Assembly (NCBI GenBank): GCA_951406725.2
Contig: OX597832.1
Coordinates: forward strand, 8,370,001-8,434,000
Direction of reading: 5' to 3'
Source: Octopus vulgaris
Lineage: Eukaryota
Length of the DNA stretch: 64,000 bases
Both the position numbers and the translations under genes were made by a program. Below the pieces are notes generated by a model. It worked only from the letters and a program-made list of their open reading frames with translations. It did not search any database and was not told the DNA's origin. The first letter of the stretch is position 1; each line of letters opens with the position of its first letter. Positions 25,910 through 39,500 of the stretch are shown in pieces.

Positions 25910-26584
25910 TATATGTAGTGGTTTGTTGTTGTTACTTTCATGCTGTTGTTATTGGCAGTAGTCGCGGTGGTGATCGTTATATCTTGCTCATCACTGATCA
26001 AACAAACCTATAATCAAGCGAATTCCAGCTATTTCTACACCCTGTTTTAACTTCAAATACCTATTTCTATCAGCCTTGAAATTTCTCGGTTTCTGTTGTA
26101 ACATCGTCACCATTTTGCCAGAAATTGTGACGATGCTACAGAGTAGATTCAAAAATCGGAGATTAATGCATGAGCAATAAAATACGGGCCTGATGTAAAA
26201 TAAGGAGGATCAAGAAAAGCGATATTAATACACTGATAGTTATAACGTTGTGGTTGTAGACAAACTATGTTATGAGATACACGTATATTTCCAGGGGGTT
26301 ATGGCACTGAACACAGTTATCCTCTCTCTTTAATATTCTGAAATTCGTTTTTATTTAAAAGGTAACTTGCAAATATACGTCATACCAGTTAAAGCTATGC
26401 ATCACAGACTCTGGCAGGCTTATCTGTACCCAATCTCCAAGAGCCATTTATCTTATTGTCGTACGTGGAAACTTACTTCTTGTAACCGATCTGTAGTTGC
26501 CTCAGAAAGATGATCAGGAATTGTGTGCGTGTTTTGTTTGTATGTGTGTGAGGGGATAAAATTGGAGTAGGGGAGATAGGGTAA

Positions 26585-26918
26585 AGTGTAAAGACCCCTT
26601 CGGTCATTAAAGACCGTGGGATTATATCTAGAAAATTGCCCTCCGAGGCACAAGTCTGGGCAGAGTTGTTTATGGAAGACCAGCAGTCGCCCATGCATAT
26701 CAGTTTCCCCTCTCCACGCCACTGATGTTATCCAATGGAAAGGCAAAGGCCCACATATAGGGGCACCAGTGACGTCGCAACTCATTTCTACAGCTGAGTG
26801 AACTGGCACAGCGTGAAATAAGGTGCTTTTCTCAAGGACACAAAACACAGTACGGTCCGGTAATCGAACTCACTACACTACCACTTGATAGTGAACCTTA
26901 TCCTCTAACCACTGAGCC
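26585..26918 (-). mobile_element. Third tRNA-derived SINE family
   Basis: Minus strand: A-box TGGCTCAGTGG, B-box GAGTTCGATTACC, core TGTGTCCTTGAGAAAAGCACCTT, tail ending CTTTACACTTTAC. Confidence 0.8.
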
Positions 26919-27414
26919 AGGTCAGGATAGAAGAGATATAAAAAAAAAACAGCACAATGAAATTATTCTCTAAAGGTACTGAAGTCATAAATTGGTAGAT
27001 TTTTTTCTACACTGCACATAAATATTTCTGCCCTGTATATTACGAGAGCAATAAACACAAAAACAGACAACACAGAAATAACAAGTATTCACAGCTAAAG
27101 TATAAATTTACAAGTGCTAAACTAATACGATTTTTGTAAAAATCTGTTTCTCTGCTTGTTTATTTTTTACTCTTTTACTGTATTCAGTCGTACCGTTCCG
27201 TTGCACCTACGTAAATATATCTCTTTCTAGAAACATTCCTGCTTCCAGTAGGGACGGTGGAGCCAGAATCAAGTTAATCTACATCATACTAATGTACGTT
27301 GAGTTCAAGATGTGTGCAATTGTTGGAATTAATAAACGACAACGTTGTTTGAAAGCAAACCAGCATCAACCCTGATGTGTATACGGACACATAATAAGCA
27401 TGTATATAAATATA

Positions 27415-27462
<48 letters not shown>

Positions 27463-27485
27463 AAACTATATATATATATATGTAT

Positions 27486-27536
<51 letters not shown>

Positions 27537-27579
27537 GCTATCTATCTGTCTGTCTGTCTTTCTATCTATCTATCTATCT

Positions 27580-27623
<44 letters not shown>

Positions 27624-27719
27624 CAGACACACGCACACGCACCACAGACACAGGCACACACACACACAGACACTGACAGTTCATAGATGAGTAGAAATCA
27701 GATATTCTCCGTATAGAAT

Positions 27720-28800
27720 ACACTTAGTAATGCTCAAGTGATTTAGATTTAGAGCGGGTAGATAAGTAAATGTAGGTATAAGCAAGATACACAGATCAAT
27801 ATATAAAGTAAATTAAATGCATGAAGTATATTAAATACACGAAAAGGAAAAAAAAATGTTTATACGCTTACATACAAAAAGATTCGATTTAACACTGGAC
27901 AGAAATGCTATCGAGAATTACAGGTTTGAAGAAAATTATTACAAATCCAACAGGTGTTTTTGGGTTTCGGTGGTCCAAAATAATATTTGTAGATTTATTC
28001 AATGGTCGGATTAGACGAGCCTCCGTCTTAAGGGAAGAGATCTTACTTTGGAGGTATTGAAAGAAAGAAGATCACAGATGGAATGATTTTGTGGAGAGCT
28101 GGGATTAAAGATAGGGTGTGAGAATTGGGGAAGTATTCAGATGGGGAATAATAAGGGGATATATTAAGTTTCGAGGATTAAGAGTTAATAAGGAGGCTAG
28201 TAGAGACTCATAGTAGTAGAGGTGGAAGGTAAGAGGAAGAGGCGATGGTGGCCTATGTAGTGTGTGAATGGTAGTCTGTTGAGTAGGTTGTATGAAAGGT
28301 ATAGAATTAATGGTTGGAATAGAAAGGGAATGGTGATTATTTGAGGGAAAGATGTTGACAGATTCAGTGGCTGAAGGAGATTACTAAGATATGTAGAAAG
28401 GTATGAGAGAAGATAGAGGGGTTGATAGGGTGGGAGTAAGTTGATCGTCAATATAGTAGTTGTTAGTGGGACAAAGGTATTGGATTGATATTGTAAGGGG
28501 TACCATGGTATGCAGAGATGTACGAAACTGAATAGAAGGATGTGAATAGGGAGTGGGTTGAGGCTGACAGGTTAGTATCCAAAGGTTTGGTAGTACTAAG
28601 TACTTTTGGTAAGGCGGGAAAATAAGAGGCTATGACATTGATAAATTTCCATGTGTAAAGAAATTTGTTGGAAAAATATTCTATTTTTGGATCCATATGT
28701 ATTCGCGAGGAAAGTTTTTCTTGCAGGAAACTCAACAAGAGTAAACATAATTTCTTTGTGGCTGACATAACCTTCCAGGTAATGATGAGTATCTAAACAA
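27720..28800 (-). mobile_element. Probable Penelope-like 3' remnant
   Basis: Minus-strand peptide IITWKVMSATKKLCLL...EK resembles the end of a PLE endonuclease domain, followed by a C/A-rich UTR-like tract. Weak. Confidence 0.4.
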
Positions 28801-29429
28801 AGAACCTGATTTCAAAAGAATTGTAAATAAGTGTGACGGATTACATTTATCTCATTATGATGTGTAATTTGCACATAAGTAAATTTAATGAAACCTCTTC
28901 TGCGTACCACTATTGATTTATTATTATTATTATGTAATTTACGTTTATACTTCACATTAAATGAAATGTAATGTTAAATAACGAATACGGTCATTTATAG
29001 AAGGTACGGCTCTTCACTAACCACAGCCCTCTCAAATTGGTCCCCGAGACAAAACAATTGCGCTGTCCTGACATACATACATGAATACATATCAGAGCAT
29101 GCATGTGGATACTCGTCGTTCGACAATGAGTATTCAGTTGTTGAATCAACAGGGCAACAAATTATTAGTTGCTTTATATGTCACACACTAATACACAATA
29201 CACACACGCACACACACACACACACGTGTATTATTAACGTAAGTCAGAAGCAAAATCAGCGACGTAAGTAAACCGTATTTTATGCAATAGAGGACATCAT
29301 ATCCTTGGTCTTCTCTGTGTTTTCTCTCTATCTGATTAGAATCATTTCCAAAAGTCACATAAACGTATCGAACACGCGGCCTCTCGGCAGCGAAGCAAAC
29401 TACTTAACTGTTAGACCAAGTTGCACTTA

Positions 29430-29826
29430 TCTTTATATATAAAAGTAAAGTTGTGTGTCTGTCTCCTACGATTTAGATTCCTAACTACTCCCACATTTTG
29501 CGGTGCAGTTTAACCAAAACCGGGTATCATATAGTTGTGATTCATATCGAGCCCTTCTGCGTATTAACGCGCGTCTACGATGAGTCTACGATTTTAAAAA
29601 TAATTTACCATTATTTTTTCCCATTTTAATGCATTTTTTCGCTATTATATAAGGGAAGTAACTCTCTAAAAATGTCTACGATGACTCAACGATTAAAAAA
29701 AAAAATTAACATAATTTTTTTTCCATTTTTAATGCATTTTTTTGCTATTTTTGGGGTATAACTCTCTAAAAATGCTTTATAGTTATTTCCCTTACCAACC
29801 CAAGCAAAGCCGGACGATACTGCTAG
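29430..29826 (+). mobile_element. Non-autonomous Helitron
   Basis: Starts TC (A|TCTTTATATATAAAAG), ends CTAG|T with a GC-rich subterminal segment; inserted between A and T with no TSD. Confidence 0.85.
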
Positions 29827-30499
29827 TTTTATATATAAATGTTTTTATGCGTGTTTGCGTCCCTGCTGTAATTTATAGTATTAGGTGTAAATTGTATATA
29901 CTTTCCACGGAACTTAAGGAGTACAACGTAGACATCAGAAAAACAATTATGATCAAATATGCACTTGAATGTAATTCCCAAGAACTGTCGTAGTCCTTTG
30001 ATTGAAACATGTAATAAATGGCTTTCTTGATTCCATTATTCCTGGAGATAATACACATTGAAATCGCGGCATAACTAAACCATACGGCACAGCATTAACA
30101 CTTGTTTTAATCTCTCTTGTAGCTTCATAACAAAAACACATTTCTGGTAATACGTATCGAATTATTATCTCATCAGTTAAGTTAGTATAACATCCGAGAT
30201 ACTAGAAAATAAAGTTAATTGAATTTTGGGAAGTTGAAACTATATTACAGACTCCACTGACTGGTTATTCGTTAACACGACAATATCATATTTATTGCAT
30301 TTTAGTCTATTTTTTTTTCACTGTTTTTATTTTTTTAATCTGAGAGATGATAATTCTCTGTAAAATTCTCACCACTTTAAACAGAATTTTACGTTAAATT
30401 ATACGATAACATCTCAACAGATGTTAAATCAGCTTTGTCATATACGAAGACACAGACTGGAATCGTTCGAAAATATTTGTCTAGTCTTTATTTTAATTT

Positions 30500-30615
30500 T
30501 CATCATCATCATCATCATCATCATCCTCATCCTCATCCTCATCATCATCATCATCATCATCACCATCATCACCATCACCATCATCATCATCATCATCATC
30601 ATCATCTTCATCATC

Positions 30616-30654
<39 letters not shown>

Positions 30655-30663
30655 TTCATCATC

Positions 30664-30696
<33 letters not shown>

Positions 30697-30875
30697 GTCA
30701 TCATCGTCATCATCATCGTCATCATCATCATCATCATCATCATCGTCGTCATCATCATCATCTATATGCTGTTGATATTGATGTTGTTCTTGTAACTATT
30801 GTGGGTGTTATTATTAATATCACTATTATTTAATCACCATCTTTATCATAACCATTATTCTCATCACCATCATCA

Positions 30876-30937
<62 letters not shown>

Positions 30938-30944
30938 GTTATTA

Positions 30945-31009
<65 letters not shown>

Positions 31010-31093
31010 ATGAATATTAATATTGTTACCATTTGATTATTGTTATATCATTATTATTGTTTTTATTTCCAATATTATTATTATTATTATTAC

Positions 31094-31130
<37 letters not shown>
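30500..31130 (+). repeat. Compound (CAT)n then (TAT)n triplet repeats
   Basis: Direct read. Confidence 0.97.
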
Positions 31131-32025
31131 TTTATCGTCACCGTTATTAATATTATGCATCCGTTTTTTTCTTTGTTATAATTCACATTGTTTACTTGAC
31201 TGATTGCTGACACTTCAATCGTTGTTTTTCAAGTCATATTAGAGTCACGTTTTCAGTTGAATTTTAAGAGAGACAGTTAAAGGATTCTAAATTGAATTTC
31301 AGTGTTTTACGTTTTTACACTAAGCTCTCCACCATATGTTCATTAACATAAAACTGTTAGATATAAAATTTGCATATTTACATGAAGTAGTTCTTTTGAT
31401 GGCAAGTAGAACTCATCATAAGTTATGATATAATTAATAATTTTCGTTCGAGGAAAATGGCCGACTAAGACAGAGTAGGAGAGTAGTTGCCTTGCAACAT
31501 ATGGGATTTAATGTTATATTTTTTAAAAGATTTGGTTGCTATTTATATCTATTTTGTACTATATGTCTCAAGTGCTAGATCATCAACGAATGAGTCAAGA
31601 CTTTGACTATATCTTGTCCGTTTATATGGTATTGCTATGAATCAGTGTTTAGCAAAATATCATTACTTTTAGTGTCAGAATCTGTTCGACTTTACGTTCT
31701 GTGTTCAAATTTCGCCGAGGCCGACTTTGGAATGTATCCTTCGGGATCGAAGAAATTAGTACCAATTCATCACTGTACCAGTTCATCATGGACTATCTTG
31801 ATTCACTCAAATGTCAAGCCTTGTCTTTGTAGTAGAAAGACAAATAAATCGTGCTAATAATGGTAATCAATATTTACTAAAACCGCCCCACTAGTGTCAC
31901 TTTATCTCTTATTTTATTACAATAATTTATTATTACAATATATCACGCCAGGTTCCATTTTGTGACATAAGAAAACGAATAAAAGTTCCTCACAGAGCGC
32001 GCACTCACACACACATTCACATACG

Positions 32026-32072
32026 TTCTTCTTCTTCTTCTTCTTCTTCTTCTTCTTCTTCTTCTTCTTCTT

Positions 32073-32103
<31 letters not shown>

Positions 32104-32142
32104 TTCTTATTCTTCTTCTTCTTCTTCTTTTTCTTCTTTTCT
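32026..32142 (-). repeat. (GAA)n tract
   Basis: Direct read; (TTC)n on plus. Confidence 0.97.
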
Positions 32143-32465
32143 TGTTAAATGCGACGGGCTGGCATAGTTCGGCTGGGGTGATGTTCAGATAACGGGGACG
32201 CCTGGAAAAGTTAAACATTTCCGCAGCGCGCTCGCAGGCGCCCGCAAAACGATCGACTGCTTAGAACTGGCCAAGACCTGGCGTTCACTGGGATGGTCGG
32301 CGGCCCATGTCGGTGAAGCAGTCCTCCTGCAGGTGGAGTGTCGCGATGAAAATAATATATACCGGAGTAAGAACATATATGTGAAACAAGGTGGAAATAA
32401 GTGTACTCAAATACCAGTGGTAGAGTAATATGCTTTATTTAAAAGCAGCAGGAATATAACAAAAG

Positions 32466-32503
32466 CTGTTACTCAGAGTTTCACGTTCCCGTTCGTCGGA
32501 CAG
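32466..32503 (-). ncRNA. Minimal type I hammerhead ribozyme motif (U4C variant) in a Penelope-type terminus
   Basis: CUGU-CCGACGA-ACG(GGAA)CGU-GAAA-CUC(U)GAG-UA-ACAG; all three stems are complementary. Confidence 0.75.
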
Positions 32504-32984
32504 TATTGTTAAAATAGAACAGAAATAACGATATGATCAAAACTAGTTAAAAGATACACCTTTGAAAATGGATTTGTTTCAATGGTCCTTTCAATTAACG
32601 GTCTTAAGCATGCAATGAACAAAATAAACAAAATATATGAATTCAATATAAATTCATCCTATTATAAAAATCGAAGAAAACCTTAAATCGAACAGTGGAT
32701 TCAAAATGCATATTGTAAATGACGCTATACAAGTAACGGATAGGGAGAGAAAGGATACTTCTCGTAAGGAAAGAAGAACGAAAGAAAGGAAAGATAGGCA
32801 CTGGAATATGTGCAACAAACTTTATTTTGTGTACTTATTCTTGCACGCCCAGCACTTATTCTATTAGACTTTTTTTGCCAAAACTGCTAAATCACGGAGG
32901 CGTAAACACATTAAGAACGGGTGGCGAAGTGGGGAGACAAACACAGACATGAAGGCACATACACCTAAATATGTACATTCAACG

Positions 32985-33115
32985 GGTAAGGAACGTGCTT
33001 ACCAACCACATGGTTCCGGGTTCAGTCCCACTGTGTGGCCTTCTACTATAGCCTCGGGCCGACCAAAGTCTTGTGAGTGGATTTGGTAGACGGAAACCGA
33101 AAGAAGCACGTCGTA

Positions 33116-33166
<51 letters not shown>

Positions 33167-33390
33167 ATGTATATGTGTGTGTATATGTTTGTGTGTCTGT
33201 GTCTGTCCCTCCAGCATCGCTTGACAACCGATGCTGGTGTGTTTGCGTCTCTGTAACTTAGCGGTTCGACAAAAGACACCGATAAAATAAGTACTAAGCC
33301 TACAAAGAATAAGTCCTGGGGTCGATTTGCTCGCCTGAAGGCGGTGCTCCAGCATAGCCACAGTCAAATAAATGAAACAAGTAAAAGAGT
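32985..33390 (+). mobile_element. Major SINE, preceded by an inverted tail fragment at ~32820-32960
   Basis: Head, core and tail match the other copies. Confidence 0.9.
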
Positions 33391-34164
33391 ATATATTTTT
33401 TTATACTGAACGGACTGAGTCTATGTGAAATAAGCGTCCTGCTGAAAAACATAGACAGCCGCCTGGTATAGAACTAGCGAACCTACAATCGTTAGCTGAA
33501 TGCCTAAACCACTAAGACACAAGCATAGAGAAAAATATATTGTTTAAACCAGATATATTCATCATATCTTTACTTCAGCATCAGTATGTTCAGAATGCAT
33601 TATGTTAGCTTCCATTGCTTATATAACAAGAGAATAAAAAATAAATTTTACTGAAAAAATAATATTTCGATTACCAAATGGGATTAAGTTGTACTTCAGC
33701 TAGTGCTTACGTGTGTAAGGCAGTTTAAGAATTTATTGTCAGTAGAAGATATGTATCTCTTTATATAACTGGTCTAGAGATATTTACATCTGCGCTGGGT
33801 TCAGTTGACAGTTTTATGATGACTAGCCTATTTATTTGACATACATCAATTCAGACGTTTATCTCTATACTAATTCACATTGTAGTGTATATGCACATTT
33901 ACTAAGACACTTAGATATTTATACGAAAGATATAGAAAGGATAATTTACGTATATACATAAATGGGTACATATATCTCACAAGTATATGCAAAATATATA
34001 TGCATAAGCATATATCTTTCTCATATAAATAACTAGAAACTCACGTACACCAATTCATACACTCTCATACATATATATATATATATAAGCAGAGACACAG
34101 TCATTTTCAACTATAAACTTAGTGTAGATATCTTTCTTGTTGAATGTAAAACAAATGAAGAAAT

Positions 34165-34220
<56 letters not shown>

Positions 34221-34309
34221 TATATATGTGTGTGTGTGTGTATGTGTCTGTATGTATGTATTACGTATGTATATATATATGTATATATATATATATATGT
34301 GTGTGTATA

Positions 34310-34373
<64 letters not shown>

Positions 34374-36163
34374 CGTCTGTGTCTCTGTCATGTATATAGA
34401 CAACAAAAGAATGAAAAAGATTTCGATATTATGTATATAGAGGAATTTATCTGTAAATATATGTGGCAATTATTTGGTAGCCATGATAAAAATCCGAGTT
34501 TTGGATGTTGAGTCGGAAACCCATGCCGCCATCTCTTCAGTTATCCGGATATATGTATATACTCATCCACCCATACTTGAAACATACACATGCTCACCGA
34601 CACATTTGCCAAAAGAATATATACATAACCGCATAGATGCACACACACTCACACGCACAAAAAAAAAGGTTCGTACACACGTCTATATACGCACATGTAT
34701 AAAAAATATGGCCGCAGTCAAATTTGTGAAACAAATAAAATAATAAATGCATATCATATATATATATATGCATTCACACACACACACACAGACATTCGGG
34801 CATATGTATGCATGCCCACACATATATGTGTATATACATATATTATCAATTTTAAAAATAGCTTAACACACTCCGCTAAGAACTTTGCTGTTGTCATAAT
34901 CTCCCAATCGGAATGCTATTGATGTGTCCTGGAATACGAAAACAAATATTTCTTTTCTAGGCAGCATCCCGCCCAATATAACAACGAAAAACAAACAAAA
35001 TAATTAACCCTCCAAATAATAAATCTCTCCGTGCAATGACATAAAATGAAATAAAAATACCCCAGGAAACTTGTGATTGTCTGCGTTGGCAAAAATTAAG
35101 ACTGACAGGCTAGAACAGTTATATACGTTATATAAGATTAAATGACTTGAAGAATGTGGAATCTAACGTTTCTGGCCTGGTTCATTTGACTAATCAAAAT
35201 TGGTGTTTCAATTGGAGCTGTAATGAGTAAATGTGAAAAACTTGAAATGAATGTATGAATTACAAGTGAGTAGGTGAAAACGTGTAGGAGAATGCCGAGA
35301 ACGTGTGAATGAGTAAGACATCTAGTGAATGATGATATGAGTGATAAAAATTAGTGAATTGTGTTACAAATAGCAATTGTCCTATGTACAGCACACAAAT
35401 GATGATGTGATCAGTAAAGAGGATGGAGCTGGATGTTAGTAGAGGGATGGTGGCGATGGGAGACAAAGTACAATCGATACAAATATTCACGGAAAATATA
35501 TATTTCATAAGGTGAAATACAGCAAAATGAAAAAAAAAATCTTCCAGTATAGTTCCATAAGATATTCTCTATATTTTAAAGGATATGTGTAGGTAACTAT
35601 CTCTTTCAAGTAACTAACAATATATACGCATTGTCATTTATGCACATACGCCATAAAACGATACATTTACATATGTATTCGCATAGAATTCAACCTACCT
35701 ACATGCATACACGTATGTCTCCGTAAACATATACAGACATTAGACAAGAAATAGTCGAATGGATTAGATTTCTAATGGAAATACGTCATGAAAAGAAAAT
35801 AACCTTCCAGCTCTCCTGTTAAAATACTGAAAAAAAAAAACAAAAAAAAAAAAACAAAACATTTTTAATCTTCTAAAGTTACAGATCCGAAATTCTTCAG
35901 ATAAAGAAAGACATTTGAAGCTGTTTAGCAGAGAAATACTAATGTTAAGACTTTGAAAGCGGAGTAGAGCACAGACCATCAGCAACAGATCCTACTTTTT
36001 AAATATTTGATACATACTGGACAGATTATATGTTATTGTTAATAATTTTATATGCAGAGTGTCAATGCTATTAAACAATAAATAAATAACTCGGCTGCAC
36101 GAGTGACGTTTTCATGATTCCACATAAATCGACCCAACACAAATATTTTTAAGGGTATTTTTA

Positions 36164-36590
36164 AGGGTGGCGAGCTGGCAGAAACGTTAGCGCGCCGGCG
36201 AAATGCTTCGCGGTATTTCGGCTGCCGTTACGTTGTGAGTTCAAATTCCGCCGAGGTCGACTTTGCCCTTCATCCTTTCGGGGTCGATAAATTAAGTACC
36301 ACTTATGCACTGGGGTCGATGTAATCGACTTAATACCTATGTCTGTCCTTGTTTGTCCCCTCTGTGTTTAGCCCCTTGTGGGTAATAAAGAAATAGAAAT
36401 AGGTATTTCGGCTGCCGTTACGTTGTGAGTTCAAATTCCGCCGAGGTCGACTTTGCCTTTCATCCTTTCAGGGTCGATAAATTAAGTACCACTTATGCAC
36501 TGGGGTCGATATAATCGACTTAATACCTATGTCTGTCCTTGCTTGTCCCCTCTATGTTTAGCACCTTGTGGATAATAAAGAAATAGGTAT
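36164..36590 (+). mobile_element. Young OK-like SINE with duplicated 3' ~190 bp
   Basis: 36212-36395 and 36402-36585 are nearly identical. Confidence 0.9.
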
Positions 36591-39500
36591 TTTAAGACAC
36601 ACTTGGCGATCTGATTTACTTAAATGCAGATCTAAGTTAGGTTAGCAAACGGGGCATTGTCAGAATGTTCAGCAGTGTTATGTCGAGTACTACATCGTCA
36701 TTAGACAGCGGTTTATTCCTCGCTTTATTGTTAGATGTAAACAAAAACGTGCATGCAGCGATATTAAGAAGCTATGTAGACGAAACTAATGTAAGATTAG
36801 AAATGCGTATACGCAATATTTTATGACATACAAAACTTCTAAATTTTAGATATTTTATGAATATAGACATCATAGATAGTATAGCTAAGTAGTGAAACGA
36901 TAAACTGTCTTGCTTTTCAACTAGACTTCATTTCCTTTAGCAAACTTACGATTAAAGTTTTAATAATGTTATGTCTGGTTAAGTTGGAAAGGATATAAAT
37001 CTTCATGACAAGATTTTATCAAATCTGCTTTATAGATTTATTTATTATTCTTTCTTCATTTTGTGGTATCTAAATCTTTTAGATATTTTCGATATTACAT
37101 TAGTAATATAAACCCCTATCGCGATTTACACATTCATACTGCCAAATAAATCTGTAATTCTAATCATCAGACTGATCAATAAGACTTGATTGATTGGTTT
37201 CGCTTGGAATGAAAAACACCTATCTGTCAAATGCAGAACTACACATAATATAACTCTTTAAGTTAGATTTTGTTTACCCAAACATTTGTTTAGAGCAAAG
37301 CTTAATATGTATGACCACATTCCATTTATATTTTGTAGATCTTTTATTGATAAATTCTCATTGCCTAAAGTAGTAGGAGAGTTTATTGACTATCTAACCA
37401 CAAGCGAATGTTCACATAAAATCCATAATATCATAGCATTCCTAATTATCACGAATGAAACGTTTGAAGACCAATCTCATTCATGATCCAATGCGTGTTA
37501 CTTACGTGATATGTCGTCTATTTGAGTGTTTCATACTTAGTTATCTTCATATCTTCAATATTTGGTACTGAAACACACACGCACACACGCGCAGACATAC
37601 ACACACTCACACACACACACACATACATTCACACACTCATTCTCCCTCTCTCACACGTATTTATATATTATAAATGCATCATAAGCAAAGACATTTAATA
37701 AACGTATGCGCACGTGCCCCTTAAGAATAATGAAATTCCGAGTTCAATTCCATAGCATGGTATCTGGGATAACTCTCTCTGTCTTGTAACTTTCTGTCCA
37801 CTAAACAACGGTGAGTAAAATTTGGTAGAGGAAAATTAAATTCTGTAGTATCAATTTCATATACTTTTCATCTAGCTAGCTTTGTCAGAGACACTCCTGT
37901 ACTGATACTGTCCGAGAATTTCATTAAGGCTGCATGTATCCCTAACATACTCAGTCATCTACAAAACAATCCAATGATAGGCAGTTCAGTTGATCGAATA
38001 ATTGAAATACTAAACATTAATCCTGAAGGACTGCAAAATTGAGACTAGTCACTCTAATGACATCTTTCCATGTGATGAGAAAAAATTTCAAGTTGTTAAT
38101 AACTACTCAGCCTGTCTTTATCTACATGCTCATCGAGCAGAATTTAACATTGGAAGGTTTTCCGATCTTGTTATTTTAAATTGCATAAAAGCGGTGAGCT
38201 GGCAAAGACGAATTGGCGTCCAAATACTTCTTCTGTTTTTACTTTCCCAGTTCAAATTCTGCCAAGGTTGACTTTTCCCTCATCTCTCTGGAGTCATAAA
38301 AATAAATATCAGGTGAGAACTACGATCGATGTAATCGACCCTCTCTCGCCACTAAAAAATATTCAGTCCTCGCTCGTATAGCAGAAAGTAATATTTCAAA
38401 ATGTCTAATCCGTGTGTTATTTCACAGTTGACCTTCAGTGGTCTCTCAACTGAATACTGGCTATAATTTACTGGGATCGTATAATACCACTGCTTCGAAT
38501 TGTTACTATAACTATAAAACAAAACTGCTGCAGACATCAAAGTTATTTTCTTTCCATTTAATTTTTGGTTATTTGAGATTTAGTGGTTCTCTTCTTTACA
38601 GAGTAAATTTCAATAACTCTCACGATGTTTCCTGTCAATGAGAGTTAAAATTCAATGTATAGAAAATATTGTATTCAGCATAGTACATTGTGTTAAGAGA
38701 TCCTCACAATTCCTGATTAGGTTTTGAAATTTTATTCAAATTTATCAGAATTAAAATCAATGACGCAGCATTATGCTTTTGTTTATGTTTATTTGTGGAA
38801 ATAACTGAAAATATTTGATCATGATTTCTCAGCCAAAAAGCCAAGCAAAAGACTGTGACACCTGATCAAATATCATTTAGAAATTATCACCCAATGGAAG
38901 TTCCTGTTCTAAACATAACTGAAACTACACTGGATTCAAATTGTTTCAGTACAATATTATGAACAAAAGTAAGTATGGATAAGTTGTAACTATTATTTAC
39001 AATGACGATAAGGTTTATTGAAAACAGCGTTATTTGTCTATATTCTTGTTAAGCCTCTTCGTGAGATGTGAGAAGACAGACGCTTACCATCATCCAAATT
39101 AATTTTTTTTCATAAATCTTGAAACTTTGTGGAATGCCTCTTCATTGCTTAAAAGATTACGGCGTGCTTTGAGGGGATTTGGTATTAATTTCTTGTAAGA
39201 CAGAGAAATCGTCGATGTTGCCTCTAGTTGAGTGTAGTTTAAATAGTTGAAAGAGACAAGTTCACTGGATTAACACTGTTCGCAAATCAGTTATTTTTAT
39301 GAGAACCTGGCAAATCCGTTATCCATTGTTATGTTGTTATTGGGCCCAAATTATGACTGAAAGAGCAACCCTCTAATAAAAATTATTGTCGCAATAAATA
39401 GCTCATACATTTATTCAGGCATAATGTCACCGGAAATTTTCAAATTTTGTTACGAGGCCAAAAATTCTGGAGTAGATTGTTGGGTAGTCAATTACATCAA

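Noticed and set aside
30421-31032. Poly-His, -Ile, -Met and -Tyr ORFs
   Set aside because: Triplet repeats open in several frames, with no splice or coding context.
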